Made by a program: the position numbers and the translations under genes
From: Candidatus Entotheonellaceae bacterium
Lineage (GTDB): Bacteria; Tectomicrobia; Entotheonellia; Entotheonellales; Entotheonellaceae
DNA: 64,000 nucleotides
Direction: 5' to 3'
NCBI GenBank assembly: GCA_965238075.1
Contig: OZ250173.1
Coordinates: forward strand, 3,008,001 to 3,072,000
Shown here: positions 1 through 10,434 of the stretch, one piece after another
Position numbering within the stretch: position 1 is the stretch's first letter
Layout of the letters: each line of letters begins with the position of its first letter
The notes under the pieces: generated by a model
The model's database searches: none
Told to the model about the DNA's origin: nothing
Seen by the model: only the letters and a program-made list of their open reading frames with translations

Positions 1-422
1 TCTGCGCCAAGGCCGCCATTCCGGTGATGGGGCAAAACGGCGGCGGCAGCATCGTCAACGTGGCGTCGATACGCGCCGTCACCGCCGGCGGTAACATGAC
101 GCAGTACGACACCAGCAAGGCTGCCGTGGCCGGGCTGACGCGCGGCCTGGCGATGGACCACGCCATGGAGGGCATACGGGTCAACGCCGTGTGCCCGGGG
201 CCGATCTTCACGCGTTTCCACGAGAACCGGGCGCGGGAGGCTGGCAAGACGCCGGATGAGTTCAAGAAGACCTTCGCGGGCGGCGTCATGCTGCAGCGGC
301 CGGGCACGCCGGAGGAGGTGGCGGCGTGTATCCTGTTCCTGGCTTCGGACGATGCCTCATTCGTCACCGGCACCTGTCTGTTCGTCGACGGCGGGATAAC
401 CGCGGCGTCGCCAACATCTTGA
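1..422 (+). CDS. SDR family oxidoreductase, 5' end outside window
   Basis: IVNVAS, catalytic YDTSK, IRVNAVCPG and FVTG..LFVDGG motifs. Confidence 0.9.
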   Translation, partial: CAKAAIPVMGQNGGGSIVNVASIRAVTAGGNMTQYDTSKAAVAGLTRGLAMDHAMEGIRVNAVCPGPIFTRFHENRAREAGKTPDEFKKTFAGGVMLQRPGTPEEVAACILFLASDDASFVTGTCLFVDGGITAASPTS

Positions 423-573
423 TTTCAGAGGATATAGCGGGATGTTTCCGACCGGGTTAGGATCGTGTGAAGTATTCCACACGTTTTGGGGAAAACCACT
501 GGAATTTCCCATCTAAGCGATTGGCGGAAGTGAGGTTGCGCGGAATGCTGAATTTGTCATCACCACCCCGGCG

Positions 574-1014
574 TCAGGGTTGCCAGCGGGCGACCGTCTC
601 GACGGCTTCGCCGAGCGAAGCGAAGAGGCGAACGTCGCGCCGCGGCGTGCCGCAGGCGAGGCAGGTCCAGCGCGGCATCAGGCCCTGGCGCCAGCGCACC
701 CCGGCGGTGCGACGGTTGCACATCCGGCAATGGCCCGGCACGGTGGCGAACAGCCAGCCGCAGACCCAGCACACCCATTTGGTGGCGCCGCCGGTGGCGT
801 CCTGCACCAGGGCGCCCTCGGTGCGGCGGCGGCAGACCCGGCAATGGACGTGCTGCCAGTCGGTGACGCGCCAATCCATGAAGCGGCTCTGGCCGCAGCG
901 GACGCATTCCCAGATCATGACGGGTTTTTCGAGGTTGGGGAGGCGGCGCCACATGGTTTGTTGGCCGCATGGCTCGCAGTGGGCTTGCTGGGGTCTGAGG
1001 TATGGTTCGTACAT
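574..1014 (-). CDS. Hypothetical protein with three tandem zinc-ribbon repeats
   Basis: Six CxxC motifs arranged as three HCxxC...T...WxCxxCG units; ATG at 1014 (the longer track start runs into repeats). Confidence 0.75.
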   Translation of the reverse strand: MYEPYLRPQQAHCEPCGQQTMWRRLPNLEKPVMIWECVRCGQSRFMDWRVTDWQHVHCRVCRRRTEGALVQDATGGATKWVCWVCGWLFATVPGHCRMCNRRTAGVRWRQGLMPRWTCLACGTPRRDVRLFASLGEAVETVARWQP

Positions 1015-1023
1015 CTTTCGCGT

Positions 1024-1155
1024 TTTCAGTTTCGAGTCTTCCGTTCTCAATCCTCAGTTCTCAAAACTACGGCTTCCGCCGGAGTGACGGGCAGTTTGAA
1101 CACGGATTCTTTTCAACCTTCTAATGCTCTAGAAACTCAAAACTGGAAACTAAAA
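1024..1155. repeat. Inverted degenerate heptamer arrays enclosing a REP-like half element
   Basis: TTTCAGT TTCGAGT CTTCCGT TCTCAAT CCTCAGT TCTCAAA (1024-1065) versus ACTCAAA ACTGGAA ACTAAAA (1135-1155); CGGCTTCCGCCGGAGTGACGG at 1070-1090. Confidence 0.55.
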
Positions 1156-1157
1156 GC

Positions 1158-1877
1158 ATGAGTCAGCGTTATGCCCTGGTTACGGCTGGTGCGCAAGGGC
1201 TGGGATCGGCCATGGCGCGGCATCTGGGGCGCCAGGGGTACAGCCTGTTCATCCACTACTACACCAGTCGGGAAAATGCCGAGGCGCTGCGGGCCGAGGT
1301 CGCCGCGGCGGGCGGCGAGGCGGTTTGTGTGCAGGCCGACCTGTCGCGCGCCGCGGGCCGTGAGCGCCTGATGGCGGAAATCGCGGGCCGCACGCCGGCA
1401 TTGCACGTCCTGGTCAACAATGTCGGCTGGTATTTCATCGAGCGGTTGCCCGACATCACCCTGGCGCAGTGGGAACAGGCGCTCAGCCTCAACTGCACGG
1501 TGGCCTTCCACCTCACGCAACTCGCGTTGCCCCTCCTGGAAGCGGCCCAGCCGCCGGGCCGAATTGTCAATATCGGCGATTCGGCCTGTGACCGCCTGGC
1601 TGCGCACGTCATGGCGACGCCCTACCACATCGCCAAGTTGGGCCTGCACGTGCTGACCCGCAGCTACGCGGAACTGCTCATGCCCAAGGGCATCACGGTC
1701 AACATGATTTCGCCGGGATTTCTGGAAAACAGCGTTGGCCGCCCGCCCAGGCGACTGCCCGCCGGGCGCAAAGGGTCGTTCGACGACGTACTCGGCGCCT
1801 TGGATTACCTCCTTTCCGAGCAGGCCGCGTACGTGTCGGGAACCAACCTGCTGGTGACCGGCGCCTGGCAGCTATGA
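1158..1877 (+). CDS. SDR family oxidoreductase (pteridine-reductase-like)
   Basis: TAGAQGLG, IHY, LVNNVG and YHIAK motifs. Confidence 0.9.
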   Translation: MSQRYALVTAGAQGLGSAMARHLGRQGYSLFIHYYTSRENAEALRAEVAAAGGEAVCVQADLSRAAGRERLMAEIAGRTPALHVLVNNVGWYFIERLPDITLAQWEQALSLNCTVAFHLTQLALPLLEAAQPPGRIVNIGDSACDRLAAHVMATPYHIAKLGLHVLTRSYAELLMPKGITVNMISPGFLENSVGRPPRRLPAGRKGSFDDVLGALDYLLSEQAAYVSGTNLLVTGAWQL

Positions 1878-2852
1878 ACGCTGGCACAGGTAAATTCCTT
1901 CCTCCTGTGAATCAAGCACCCACGTCTGCCCGACTTTGAAGCCGGCGTCGTCGAGCACCTGCGGCAGCGCCGCCGGCGTGAAGCGGTTCGAGAAGAATAC
2001 CTCCAGCACCTCTCCCTTGTGGAAGTCGAACGATTCCTCGTAAAGCGCCAATTGTACGTCTTGCAAGACTTGGGCGTTAGCCTGGATGTGCCAGATATGG
2101 CCGTCCTCGCGCCGCGGCCGCGCCTGCACCGCCAGCCGCAGGTCGGAGCCCGCAAAGCCCAGGCTGTCGAGCAGTCCGCTGAACCAGGCACGGGCCAGCG
2201 GATTGTCGTACTGCGGCAGGATGCGTTGCGCGGCCGCTGAGCCGTATGGGCCGGGCGACAGGTTGGCGGAAATCAGCAACAGGTCGTCAGGCCGCATCAG
2301 ACGCCGCAGGTAGGACAGCAGAGCGGCGTCGTCGAAATTCGGGATGATGCCGAAGCAGCCGAAGACGCGGCGGGCGCCGTCGGCTTCCTGTTGTGCCAGC
2401 CAAGAGTCGAGGTCGGGCTCTGCTGCCAGATCGACAACCAGTGGCGAGGCGCTCAAGGCGGGGAACGTTCCTTGCAGGCGCAGCATCGTTTCCAGCACCA
2501 GCGCGGCGCTGGTATCCGTGGGGCTGACGTGCAGCGCGCCGCCGTAGTCCAGGGCGTGGCGCACGAACAGGGCGTCCTTGTTGCCGCCGCCGCATCCCAG
2601 GCTGACGTAGTGCAGGGGTTGTCCCGTCAGGGCGGCAATGGCCGCCTGAAAAGACCGTTCGTACAACGCCAACAGTTCCGGTTCGGTGCGCGACGGTGAG
2701 TAAGCCTGATGGTAGGCCAACCACCGTTGCGCCTGCGCCGGCGAGTCGTACAACAGCCGCCCCGGCAGCTTGCGGGCGCGCAATCCCTGCCGGCACTGCA
2801 TGGCTACCTGCTCGGGGTACTGGGAGTCGTGGAATGTGAGCGTCATCGGCAT
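1872..2852 (-). CDS. EgtD-like SAM-dependent methyltransferase (Methyltransf_33-like)
   Basis: RKLPGRLLYDS N-terminal motif, SLGCGGGNKD SAM loop, YDNP and GEVLEVFFSNRF; divergent from canonical EgtD. Confidence 0.75.
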   Translation of the reverse strand: MPMTLTFHDSQYPEQVAMQCRQGLRARKLPGRLLYDSPAQAQRWLAYHQAYSPSRTEPELLALYERSFQAAIAALTGQPLHYVSLGCGGGNKDALFVRHALDYGGALHVSPTDTSAALVLETMLRLQGTFPALSASPLVVDLAAEPDLDSWLAQQEADGARRVFGCFGIIPNFDDAALLSYLRRLMRPDDLLLISANLSPGPYGSAAAQRILPQYDNPLARAWFSGLLDSLGFAGSDLRLAVQARPRREDGHIWHIQANAQVLQDVQLALYEESFDFHKGEVLEVFFSNRFTPAALPQVLDDAGFKVGQTWVLDSQEEGIYLCQRS

Positions 2853-3011
2853 GCGGATGGATACTCGATTCTGGTTGTTAAAGCCACGTCACCGCCGGGT
2901 GATTCCGATTCGGTAGCAACCGGCACAATCATGGTACATCGGCGTCCCTGGCTTTTCCAAGAGAGCTCAGCGACGGACGTTCCAGAGCCAGGGCAAGCCG
3001 CCCCTTTTCCC

Positions 3012-3040
3012 TTGACACCCTGCAGACCTTCCCCTACGTT
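3012..3040 (+). promoter_or_regulatory. Putative sigma70 promoter
   Basis: TTGACA-17nt-TACGTT upstream of the gene at 3099. Confidence 0.5.
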
Positions 3041-3098
3041 ACCGCTTCCGCAAGCGCCGGTGGGTGATTGCCTTCTTGCGAGCGCTAAGGAAAGGCCC

Positions 3099-3407
3099 AT
3101 GGCAAGCCTCATCTTTGACACCCACGCCTTTGTGAAGCAACTTACCGAGGCCGGAATGCCTGAACAACAGGCGGAAGTGCTGGCTCGGACCCACGCGGCG
3201 TTGATTGATGAACGTCTGGCCACCAAGGATGACTTGCAGGCATTGGAATTGCGTCTGAGCAATCAGATCAAGGAACTGGACACGCGGTTCAGCCATCAGA
3301 TGAAAGAGTTGGAATCTCGACTTCGATACGATCTGACGGTTCGTCTCGGTTCCATGTTCGTTGTGACCGCCGGTTTGATCGTCCCGTTGTTGAAACTCAT
3401 GCAATAA
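3099..3407 (+). CDS. DUF1640/CCDC90-like coiled-coil protein with C-terminal TM helix
   Basis: FDTHAFVKQLTEAGMPEQQAE...LATKDDL signature; AAGGAAAGG RBS. Confidence 0.85.
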   Translation: MASLIFDTHAFVKQLTEAGMPEQQAEVLARTHAALIDERLATKDDLQALELRLSNQIKELDTRFSHQMKELESRLRYDLTVRLGSMFVVTAGLIVPLLKLMQ

Positions 3408-3484
3408 CCATTTTGGCAGACCCGACACCGCTGGCGCCCTGAGCCGCGTAGACCCCCGCATCCACCGGCTGAGAAAGGGGTAGC

Positions 3485-4264
3485 ATGACCATCGAATGCC
3501 ACCTTGACATCCGAGGCGTTTCGAAGCATTTCGGTGGGGTGCAGGCCATTGGCGACGTCAGCTTGCAGGTGAACCGGGGTGAGATCGTCTCGGTGATCGG
3601 GCCGAATGGCGCCGGCAAGACGACGCTCCTGAACATGATCAGTGGTTTTTACCATCCCGACAGCGGTTCGATTCTCCTCGCCGACCGCGACATCTCACGT
3701 CTTTCCCCCAGCCGCATTGCCACCCTTGGTGTCGCCCGAACCTTCCAGAACATCGCGCTGTTTCGCGGCATGACGGTGCTCGACAACCTCATGCTGGGGC
3801 GGCACGTACACATGCGCACTGGCGTACTGAGCGCCATGTTGCGCTTCGGGCCAGCCTTGCGGGAAGAAGTACAACACCGTGAGGTGGTCGAGGACGTCAT
3901 CGAGTTTCTCGACATCCAGCCGCTGCGCAAACAGCCGGCGGGGGCGCTGGCTTACGGATTACAAAAGCGCGTCGAACTCGGTCGCGCTCTGGCGGCACAC
4001 CCGCAGGTGCTGCTGCTCGACGAGCCGATGGGCGGCATGAACATAGAAGAAAAAGAGGACATGGCGCGCTTCGTCCTGGACGTGAACGACGAGTGGGGCA
4101 CCACCATCGTATTGATCGAGCACGACATGGGGGTGGTCATGGACATCTCTGACCGGGTCGTCGTTCTGGACCTGGGGCAAAAAATCGCCGAAGGCACACC
4201 GGACGAGGTTAAGGAAGCGCCGGAGGTCATCAAAGCCTACCTGGGAACCCCGGCCGCGAGTTGA
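3485..4264 (+). CDS. Liv-type ABC transporter ATP-binding protein (LivG-like)
   Basis: GPNGAGKT Walker A, ARTFQN, LLLDEP. Confidence 0.95.
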   Translation: MTIECHLDIRGVSKHFGGVQAIGDVSLQVNRGEIVSVIGPNGAGKTTLLNMISGFYHPDSGSILLADRDISRLSPSRIATLGVARTFQNIALFRGMTVLDNLMLGRHVHMRTGVLSAMLRFGPALREEVQHREVVEDVIEFLDIQPLRKQPAGALAYGLQKRVELGRALAAHPQVLLLDEPMGGMNIEEKEDMARFVLDVNDEWGTTIVLIEHDMGVVMDISDRVVVLDLGQKIAEGTPDEVKEAPEVIKAYLGTPAAS

Positions 4265-4307
4265 CCCTGGCTGCGCGCACCCACAACTGCATCACGAGGA
4301 AGAGACG

Positions 4308-6215
4308 ATGGCCGAGACCCTGCCGCACTACCTACTTCGCAACGCCCGTGAGTTTCCTCATCAGGTGGCCATGCGGGAAAAGGAAAAGGGCATCTGGCAG
4401 CAGTGGACCTGGCGCCAGTACCTCGACGAGGTGCGCGATTTGGCACTGGGGCTTGCCGCGTTGGGATTCGAGCGCGGCGACAAGCTGGCGATCCTGAGCG
4501 ACAACCGGCCGCAGGTCTACTGGGCCATGGTGGCCGCGCAGGCGCTTGGCGGCATGCCGGTGCCGCTGTATCAGGACTCGATCAGCCGGCAGCTGGCCTT
4601 CGTCGTCGATCACTCGGACGCCGCCATGGTGCTGGCCGAGGATCAGGAGCAGGTGGACAAGGTTCTGGAACTGAAGGATCGCCTCCCCAAGATGCATCGG
4701 GTGATCTACGACGATCCGAAGGGTATGCGGCACTACGACGATCCGTGGCTGACCAGCTTCACCGCCGTCCAGGAAAAGGGCCGCGAGTTGGGCCGGCAGC
4801 AGCCGCAGCTTTTCGACGAGCACGTCTCGGCAGGACAAGCCGACGATATCGCGCTGATCTGTTACACCTCCGGCACCACCGGGCAGCCGAAGGGCGCCAT
4901 GCTGTCGCACGCCAACCTGATCACCGCCGTCGAGGGCATGCAGACCGTCGAGCCCTACTACCCTACCGACGAAACCCTGGCCTACCTGCCGCCCGCCTGG
5001 GTTGGCGATACCTTCTGGTCGCTGGCCGGCGCGCTGATGACGGGATGCCGGGTGAACTGCCCGGAACGCCCGGAGACGGTGCAGGCGAATATCCGGGAGA
5101 TCGGCCCGCACTTCCTGGTGGCGCCGCCGCGCATCTGGGAGAACCTCGTTTCCGAGGTGCGCACCCGCATCGACGACGCCTCGTTCATGAAACGCTGGCT
5201 GTTCCACAAGCTCATGCCCATCGGCGAGGACGTGGCGCGCAAGCGCATGGCGAAAGAACCGGTGGGCGCCCTCCAGAAGGGCCTGCACAAGCTGGCGGAG
5301 TTCTTCGTTTTTGGCCCCCTGCGCGACCATCTCGGTTTCCGCCGCATCCGCTCGGCCTACACCGGCGGCGCGCCGCTCGGCCCGGAGGTCTTCCTGTTTT
5401 TCCGCGCCCTCGGCATCAATCTCAAACAGGTGTACGGTCAAACGGAATCCGGCGTCACCTGCGTACAGCGTGATGACGACGTCTCTCTGGGCACCGTCGG
5501 CAAGCCGTTTCCCAACGTCGAGATGGCGGTGTCGGACGACGGCGAGGTACTGATCAACGGCCCGATGGTCTTCAAGGGCTACTACAAAGACGAGGCTGCC
5601 ACCGCTGCCGCCCTCAAGGACGGCTGGCTGTATTCGGGCGACGCCGGGCTTATCGACCCGAACGACCATTTGGTGGTCATCGACCGCGCCAAGGACGTGA
5701 CGGCGCTTACCGACGGCACCCGATTCGCCCCGCAATTCATCGAGAACAAGCTGAAGTTCAGCCCATATATCAAGGAGGCGGTGTCGTTCGGCCAGGATCG
5801 CCCGTACGTCGCCGCCATGGTCGATATCGATATGGAGAACGTCGGGCGCTGGGCGGAAAAGAATCGCCTGGCGTACACCACCTACACCGATCTGGCGCAA
5901 AAGCCCGAGGTCTATGACCTCATCGCGCTGGAGGTCGACCGGGTGAACCGCGACCTGCCCGAATCGACCCGTATCCGGCGCTTCCTGCTGTTGCACAAGG
6001 AGCTGGACGCCGATGACGAGGAGATCACCCGCACGCGCAAGGTGCGCCGTGGGCTGGTGGCGGAACGGTACGCCGACATCATTGCCGCCCTGTTCACCGA
6101 GGAAGTCTCGACCGTGCCGGTGACCTCGGTCATCACTTACCAGGACGGGCGTCAGGCAACGCTGGAGACCACGCTGGCGATTCGCGATGCCGGTACGGCC
6201 CTGGCCGAGGCGTAG
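4308..6215 (+). CDS. Long-chain fatty-acid-CoA ligase / AMP-binding protein
   Basis: YTSGTTGQPKG, YGQTE, GWLYSGD, EITRTRKVRR. Confidence 0.93.
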   Translation: MAETLPHYLLRNAREFPHQVAMREKEKGIWQQWTWRQYLDEVRDLALGLAALGFERGDKLAILSDNRPQVYWAMVAAQALGGMPVPLYQDSISRQLAFVVDHSDAAMVLAEDQEQVDKVLELKDRLPKMHRVIYDDPKGMRHYDDPWLTSFTAVQEKGRELGRQQPQLFDEHVSAGQADDIALICYTSGTTGQPKGAMLSHANLITAVEGMQTVEPYYPTDETLAYLPPAWVGDTFWSLAGALMTGCRVNCPERPETVQANIREIGPHFLVAPPRIWENLVSEVRTRIDDASFMKRWLFHKLMPIGEDVARKRMAKEPVGALQKGLHKLAEFFVFGPLRDHLGFRRIRSAYTGGAPLGPEVFLFFRALGINLKQVYGQTESGVTCVQRDDDVSLGTVGKPFPNVEMAVSDDGEVLINGPMVFKGYYKDEAATAAALKDGWLYSGDAGLIDPNDHLVVIDRAKDVTALTDGTRFAPQFIENKLKFSPYIKEAVSFGQDRPYVAAMVDIDMENVGRWAEKNRLAYTTYTDLAQKPEVYDLIALEVDRVNRDLPESTRIRRFLLLHKELDADDEEITRTRKVRRGLVAERYADIIAALFTEEVSTVPVTSVITYQDGRQATLETTLAIRDAGTALAEA

Positions 6216-6226
6216 GGGAGAGACCA

Positions 6227-7111
6227 ATGGAATTCCTGTTCGATCTGACCGCCAACGGCCTGCTGGTGGGGCTCATGTACTCCCTGGTGGCGCTGGGCTT
6301 CGTGCTCATTTACAAGGCCACCAGCGTCATCAACTTTGCGCAGGGCGACCTGCTGATGTTCGCCGGCTACGCGGCGGCGGTGATGACCGGCGGCCTCGGC
6401 ATGCCCTTATGGGCCATGGTGCTGGTGCTGTGTGCCGGCATGGTGCTGCTGGGCTTCGTGCTGGAGCGTGGCATCCTGCGCCCGATGGTCGGGCAGCCGG
6501 TGGTGTCGGTCATTATGGTGACCATCGGCCTGAGTTTCGTGCTGCAGGGGCTGGTGACGATCATATGGGGCGCCAACACGCGGGAACTGGCCCTGCCGGT
6601 TCGGTTCGAGCCGTACATCCTGGGTCCCGTTTACATCTCGCCGATCAACCTGGTGGCTGCGGTCATCGCCATTTTGTTCCTGATTGGCTTTGGCGTGTTT
6701 TTCACGCGCAGCCGCCTGGGGGTGGCCATGCGGGCGGTGGCCGATGACCAGCAGGCGTCGATGGTGGTGGGCATCAAAGTGCCGCGCGTGTTCGCGCTGT
6801 CGTGGGCCATCGCCGGGCTGGCGGCGGCCGCGGGCGGCATCATCTGGGGCAACCAGATCGGCGTCGACACCTTTCTGGCCCTGGTCGGCCTCAAGGTCTT
6901 TCCGGTGGTCATTCTCGGCGGCCTGGACAGCATCGGCGGCGCCATCATCGGCGGCGTGCTGATGGGCGTCATCGAGAGCCTGGCAGCCGGCTACCTCGAT
7001 CCCCTGGTGGGCGGCGGCACAAAGGATTTTATTCCCTATGTGCTGATGATTCTGGTGCTGTTCGTGCGGCCGTACGGCTTTTTCGGACACGAGACGATCG
7101 AGCGGGTGTAG
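6227..7111 (+). CDS. Liv-type ABC permease (LivH-like)
   Basis: VINFAQG, GVAMRAVADD, VVILGGLDSIGG; multiple TM helices. Confidence 0.93.
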   Translation: MEFLFDLTANGLLVGLMYSLVALGFVLIYKATSVINFAQGDLLMFAGYAAAVMTGGLGMPLWAMVLVLCAGMVLLGFVLERGILRPMVGQPVVSVIMVTIGLSFVLQGLVTIIWGANTRELALPVRFEPYILGPVYISPINLVAAVIAILFLIGFGVFFTRSRLGVAMRAVADDQQASMVVGIKVPRVFALSWAIAGLAAAAGGIIWGNQIGVDTFLALVGLKVFPVVILGGLDSIGGAIIGGVLMGVIESLAAGYLDPLVGGGTKDFIPYVLMILVLFVRPYGFFGHETIERV

Positions 7112-7113
7112 AC

Positions 7114-8196
7114 GTGATCAACCGGGAATCGGGCATATTTCAGACGAGCTACGAGGGCGATATGGCCCTCTACACGCTGCCGCTGGCCAGGAACACCACG
7201 CGGGCGGTGGTGGCGTTGCTGGTCCTGCTTCCCGTCCCGCTGATGATGGCGAGCAACGAGCACCTGATGAGCATCGCCACCACCATCACCCTGGCGGCCA
7301 TCGGCGCCATCGGCCTGAACCTTCTGGTCGGCTACACCGGGCAGATCTCCATCGGTCAGGGCGCCTTCATGATGGTCGGGGGGTACACCGCCGCCATCCT
7401 GTCGAGCCGCTACGGCATGCCCTTCTGGTTCGGCATCCTGGCGGGCGGCTGCACGACTGCGCTGGTCGGGGTTCTGTTCGGCATTCCGTCCCTGCGCATC
7501 AAGGGCCTGTACCTGGCCATCGCCACCCTGGCGGCGCAGCTCATCATCGAGTGGGTCATCAACCACGTGCCGTGGATCAGCGGCGGCGCGCAGTCCTCCA
7601 TCTACGTCGACAATCCGGTGCTGTTCGGTTTCGAGTTCAACACCGAGTTCCGGCGCTACTACCTGGTGCTGGTGGTCTTCCTGCTGGCCTTTTTCGGGGC
7701 CCAGAACCTGGTGCGGGGGCGCATCGGGCGGGCCTTCATCGCCATCCGCGACCGCGACATCGCGGCGGAGATCATCGGCGTCAATCTGTTTCGCTACAAG
7801 CTGCTGGCTTTCGCTATCAGCTCGTTCTATGCCGGTGTGGCGGGAGCGCTGTGGACGTACTACCTGCGCATCGCCAACTACGAGAATTTTGTCCTGGTGG
7901 TGTCGATCGAATACCTCGCGATGATCATCATCGGCGGCCTGGGCAGTGTGCTGGGGGCGGTCTTCGGGGCCATTTTCATCAAGCTGTTTCCCATTGCTCT
8001 GGACCTGACGGTGGTGAGCGTTTCAGAGGGTGTTTTCGGCATTCCATACCAGGATGTGGCCAATTTCCTGGCCAACATGCAGCTATTCCTGTTCGGCGCC
8101 TTGATCATCTTTTTCCTCACCGTCGAGCCGCAGGGGTTGGCTCGCATGTGGGAACACGTCAAACGGTACTTCCGATTGTGGCCTTACTCGTACTGA
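7114..8196 (+). CDS. Liv-type ABC permease (LivM-like)
   Basis: GYTGQISIGQ, LRIKGLYLAIATLA, GRAFIAIRD; GTG start 3 nt after the upstream stop. Confidence 0.92.
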   Translation: MINRESGIFQTSYEGDMALYTLPLARNTTRAVVALLVLLPVPLMMASNEHLMSIATTITLAAIGAIGLNLLVGYTGQISIGQGAFMMVGGYTAAILSSRYGMPFWFGILAGGCTTALVGVLFGIPSLRIKGLYLAIATLAAQLIIEWVINHVPWISGGAQSSIYVDNPVLFGFEFNTEFRRYYLVLVVFLLAFFGAQNLVRGRIGRAFIAIRDRDIAAEIIGVNLFRYKLLAFAISSFYAGVAGALWTYYLRIANYENFVLVVSIEYLAMIIIGGLGSVLGAVFGAIFIKLFPIALDLTVVSVSEGVFGIPYQDVANFLANMQLFLFGALIIFFLTVEPQGLARMWEHVKRYFRLWPYSY

Positions 8197-8256
8197 AGTC
8201 GGAGCGGACAGGGTAGGGCGCATCGGGCAAACCTGCTTGCAGAAAGGAGAACTTCC

Positions 8257-9489
8257 ATGCAGTCGCGTTGCGCTACGAAATGGCTCGGTGGATTGGGTGT
8301 GCTGGTGGTACTGCTCGGCACCGGGGGGTTGCTGTCGGCCGATGAGATCGTCGTGGGCGGACAGTGCGACCGCACCGGCCCGACGAAGTTCATCGGCACG
8401 CTGCTGTGCCCCGGGGTGAACGACTACATCAAGCTGATCAACAAGAAGGGCGGGATCAAGGGCCATACGGTGCGCTATATTGAGGTGGAGCATGCCTACA
8501 AGGTCGACCGCGGTGTTGAGGCCTACGAACGCATCAAGCACGCGGGGGGTGTGGCGACGGTTGATTACGGCACGCCCATCGTGTACGCGCTGACGCCGCG
8601 GCACATGGAAGACAAAATTCCGGGCCTGACGCCGGGCTTCGGGCGCGCCGATGCGGCGGACGGCGAGCGCTTTCCGTATATCTTCCCGGTGGCTGCCTCG
8701 TATTGGTCGCAGGCGGGGGCGGCGATGCAATTCATCAAGGACCAGGGGGCCGCGGCGGGTGCCAAGGTCGCGTATATCTATTACGACAATCCCGCCGGGC
8801 GCGAGCCGCTGCCCATTTTCAGGCGCATTTGCGAGCAGGAAGGCTACAGCTGCCGCGAGTTTGCGGTGCCGCCGCCGGGTATCGAAATGGCCGCCGCGGT
8901 CCTGGACATCACGCGCCGCATGCGGGCCGAGTGGGTGGTCTCGCACCTGTTCGGCAAGGCGCCGGCCATTTCCATCCGCGAGTTTCGCAAGAACGGTTTC
9001 CCGCTGAACAAGGTGGTCAGTCTGGTATGGGGCGCCGGTGAGATGGATATGGTCGCTGCGGGCTGGAAGAACGCCCAGGGTTACCTGGGAATGCAATTTG
9101 CCGGCGTCGGGCGTGATTATCCGGTGATTCGCGAGATCATCAGCATGTATGAGGCGGAAGGGCGGGGGGTGCCGGAGATGGTCGGCCAGGTGTACTACAA
9201 CCGCGGCGTCTTTACGGCGGCGATCATCGTCGAGGGGCTGCGCCTGGCGGTGGAGAACTTCGGCCTGCCAGTAACCGGGGAAAAGGTGAAGATGGGCTAC
9301 GAGCGCATCACGGATTTCACCCTGGGCGGCTTCCTGCCGCCGCTCAGCGTCACCCCGCAGGATCACGAGGGCGGCGGCTGGGTGCGCATTTACGAGACCA
9401 TGGGCGAGGACCTGGTGCCGCACACCGAGTGGTTTCAGGGCTATCGGGACGTCGTCCTCGATGAGGTCAGGAAGGCGGCGCAGGAATAG
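8257..9489 (+). CDS. Liv-type ABC substrate-binding protein
   Basis: Signal peptide, DRTGPT, INKKGGIKG; operon context. Confidence 0.9.
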   Translation: MQSRCATKWLGGLGVLVVLLGTGGLLSADEIVVGGQCDRTGPTKFIGTLLCPGVNDYIKLINKKGGIKGHTVRYIEVEHAYKVDRGVEAYERIKHAGGVATVDYGTPIVYALTPRHMEDKIPGLTPGFGRADAADGERFPYIFPVAASYWSQAGAAMQFIKDQGAAAGAKVAYIYYDNPAGREPLPIFRRICEQEGYSCREFAVPPPGIEMAAAVLDITRRMRAEWVVSHLFGKAPAISIREFRKNGFPLNKVVSLVWGAGEMDMVAAGWKNAQGYLGMQFAGVGRDYPVIREIISMYEAEGRGVPEMVGQVYYNRGVFTAAIIVEGLRLAVENFGLPVTGEKVKMGYERITDFTLGGFLPPLSVTPQDHEGGGWVRIYETMGEDLVPHTEWFQGYRDVVLDEVRKAAQE

Positions 9490-9517
9490 GCGCGGCGAGC
9501 GGGGGGCCTGTCCGGCC

Positions 9518-10312
<795 letters not shown>

Positions 10313-10434
10313 CGGGCCGTCAGCGACGCGTCAGGCGCCATTCAGCTTGTCACCGCTGGGGTGGCGGCGTAGAGTAGGGTGCTGATTTTCCCAGGAGGCT
10401 TGGATGCCGCTGTCGGGACAAAGAGGACTTCACG

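Noticed and set aside
4332-6227. Long antisense ORFs (also 8083..9534, 17757..19913, 20391..22460, 24322..25755 and others)
   Set aside because: Shadow frames of well-supported genes in GC-rich DNA, with no recognisable motifs.
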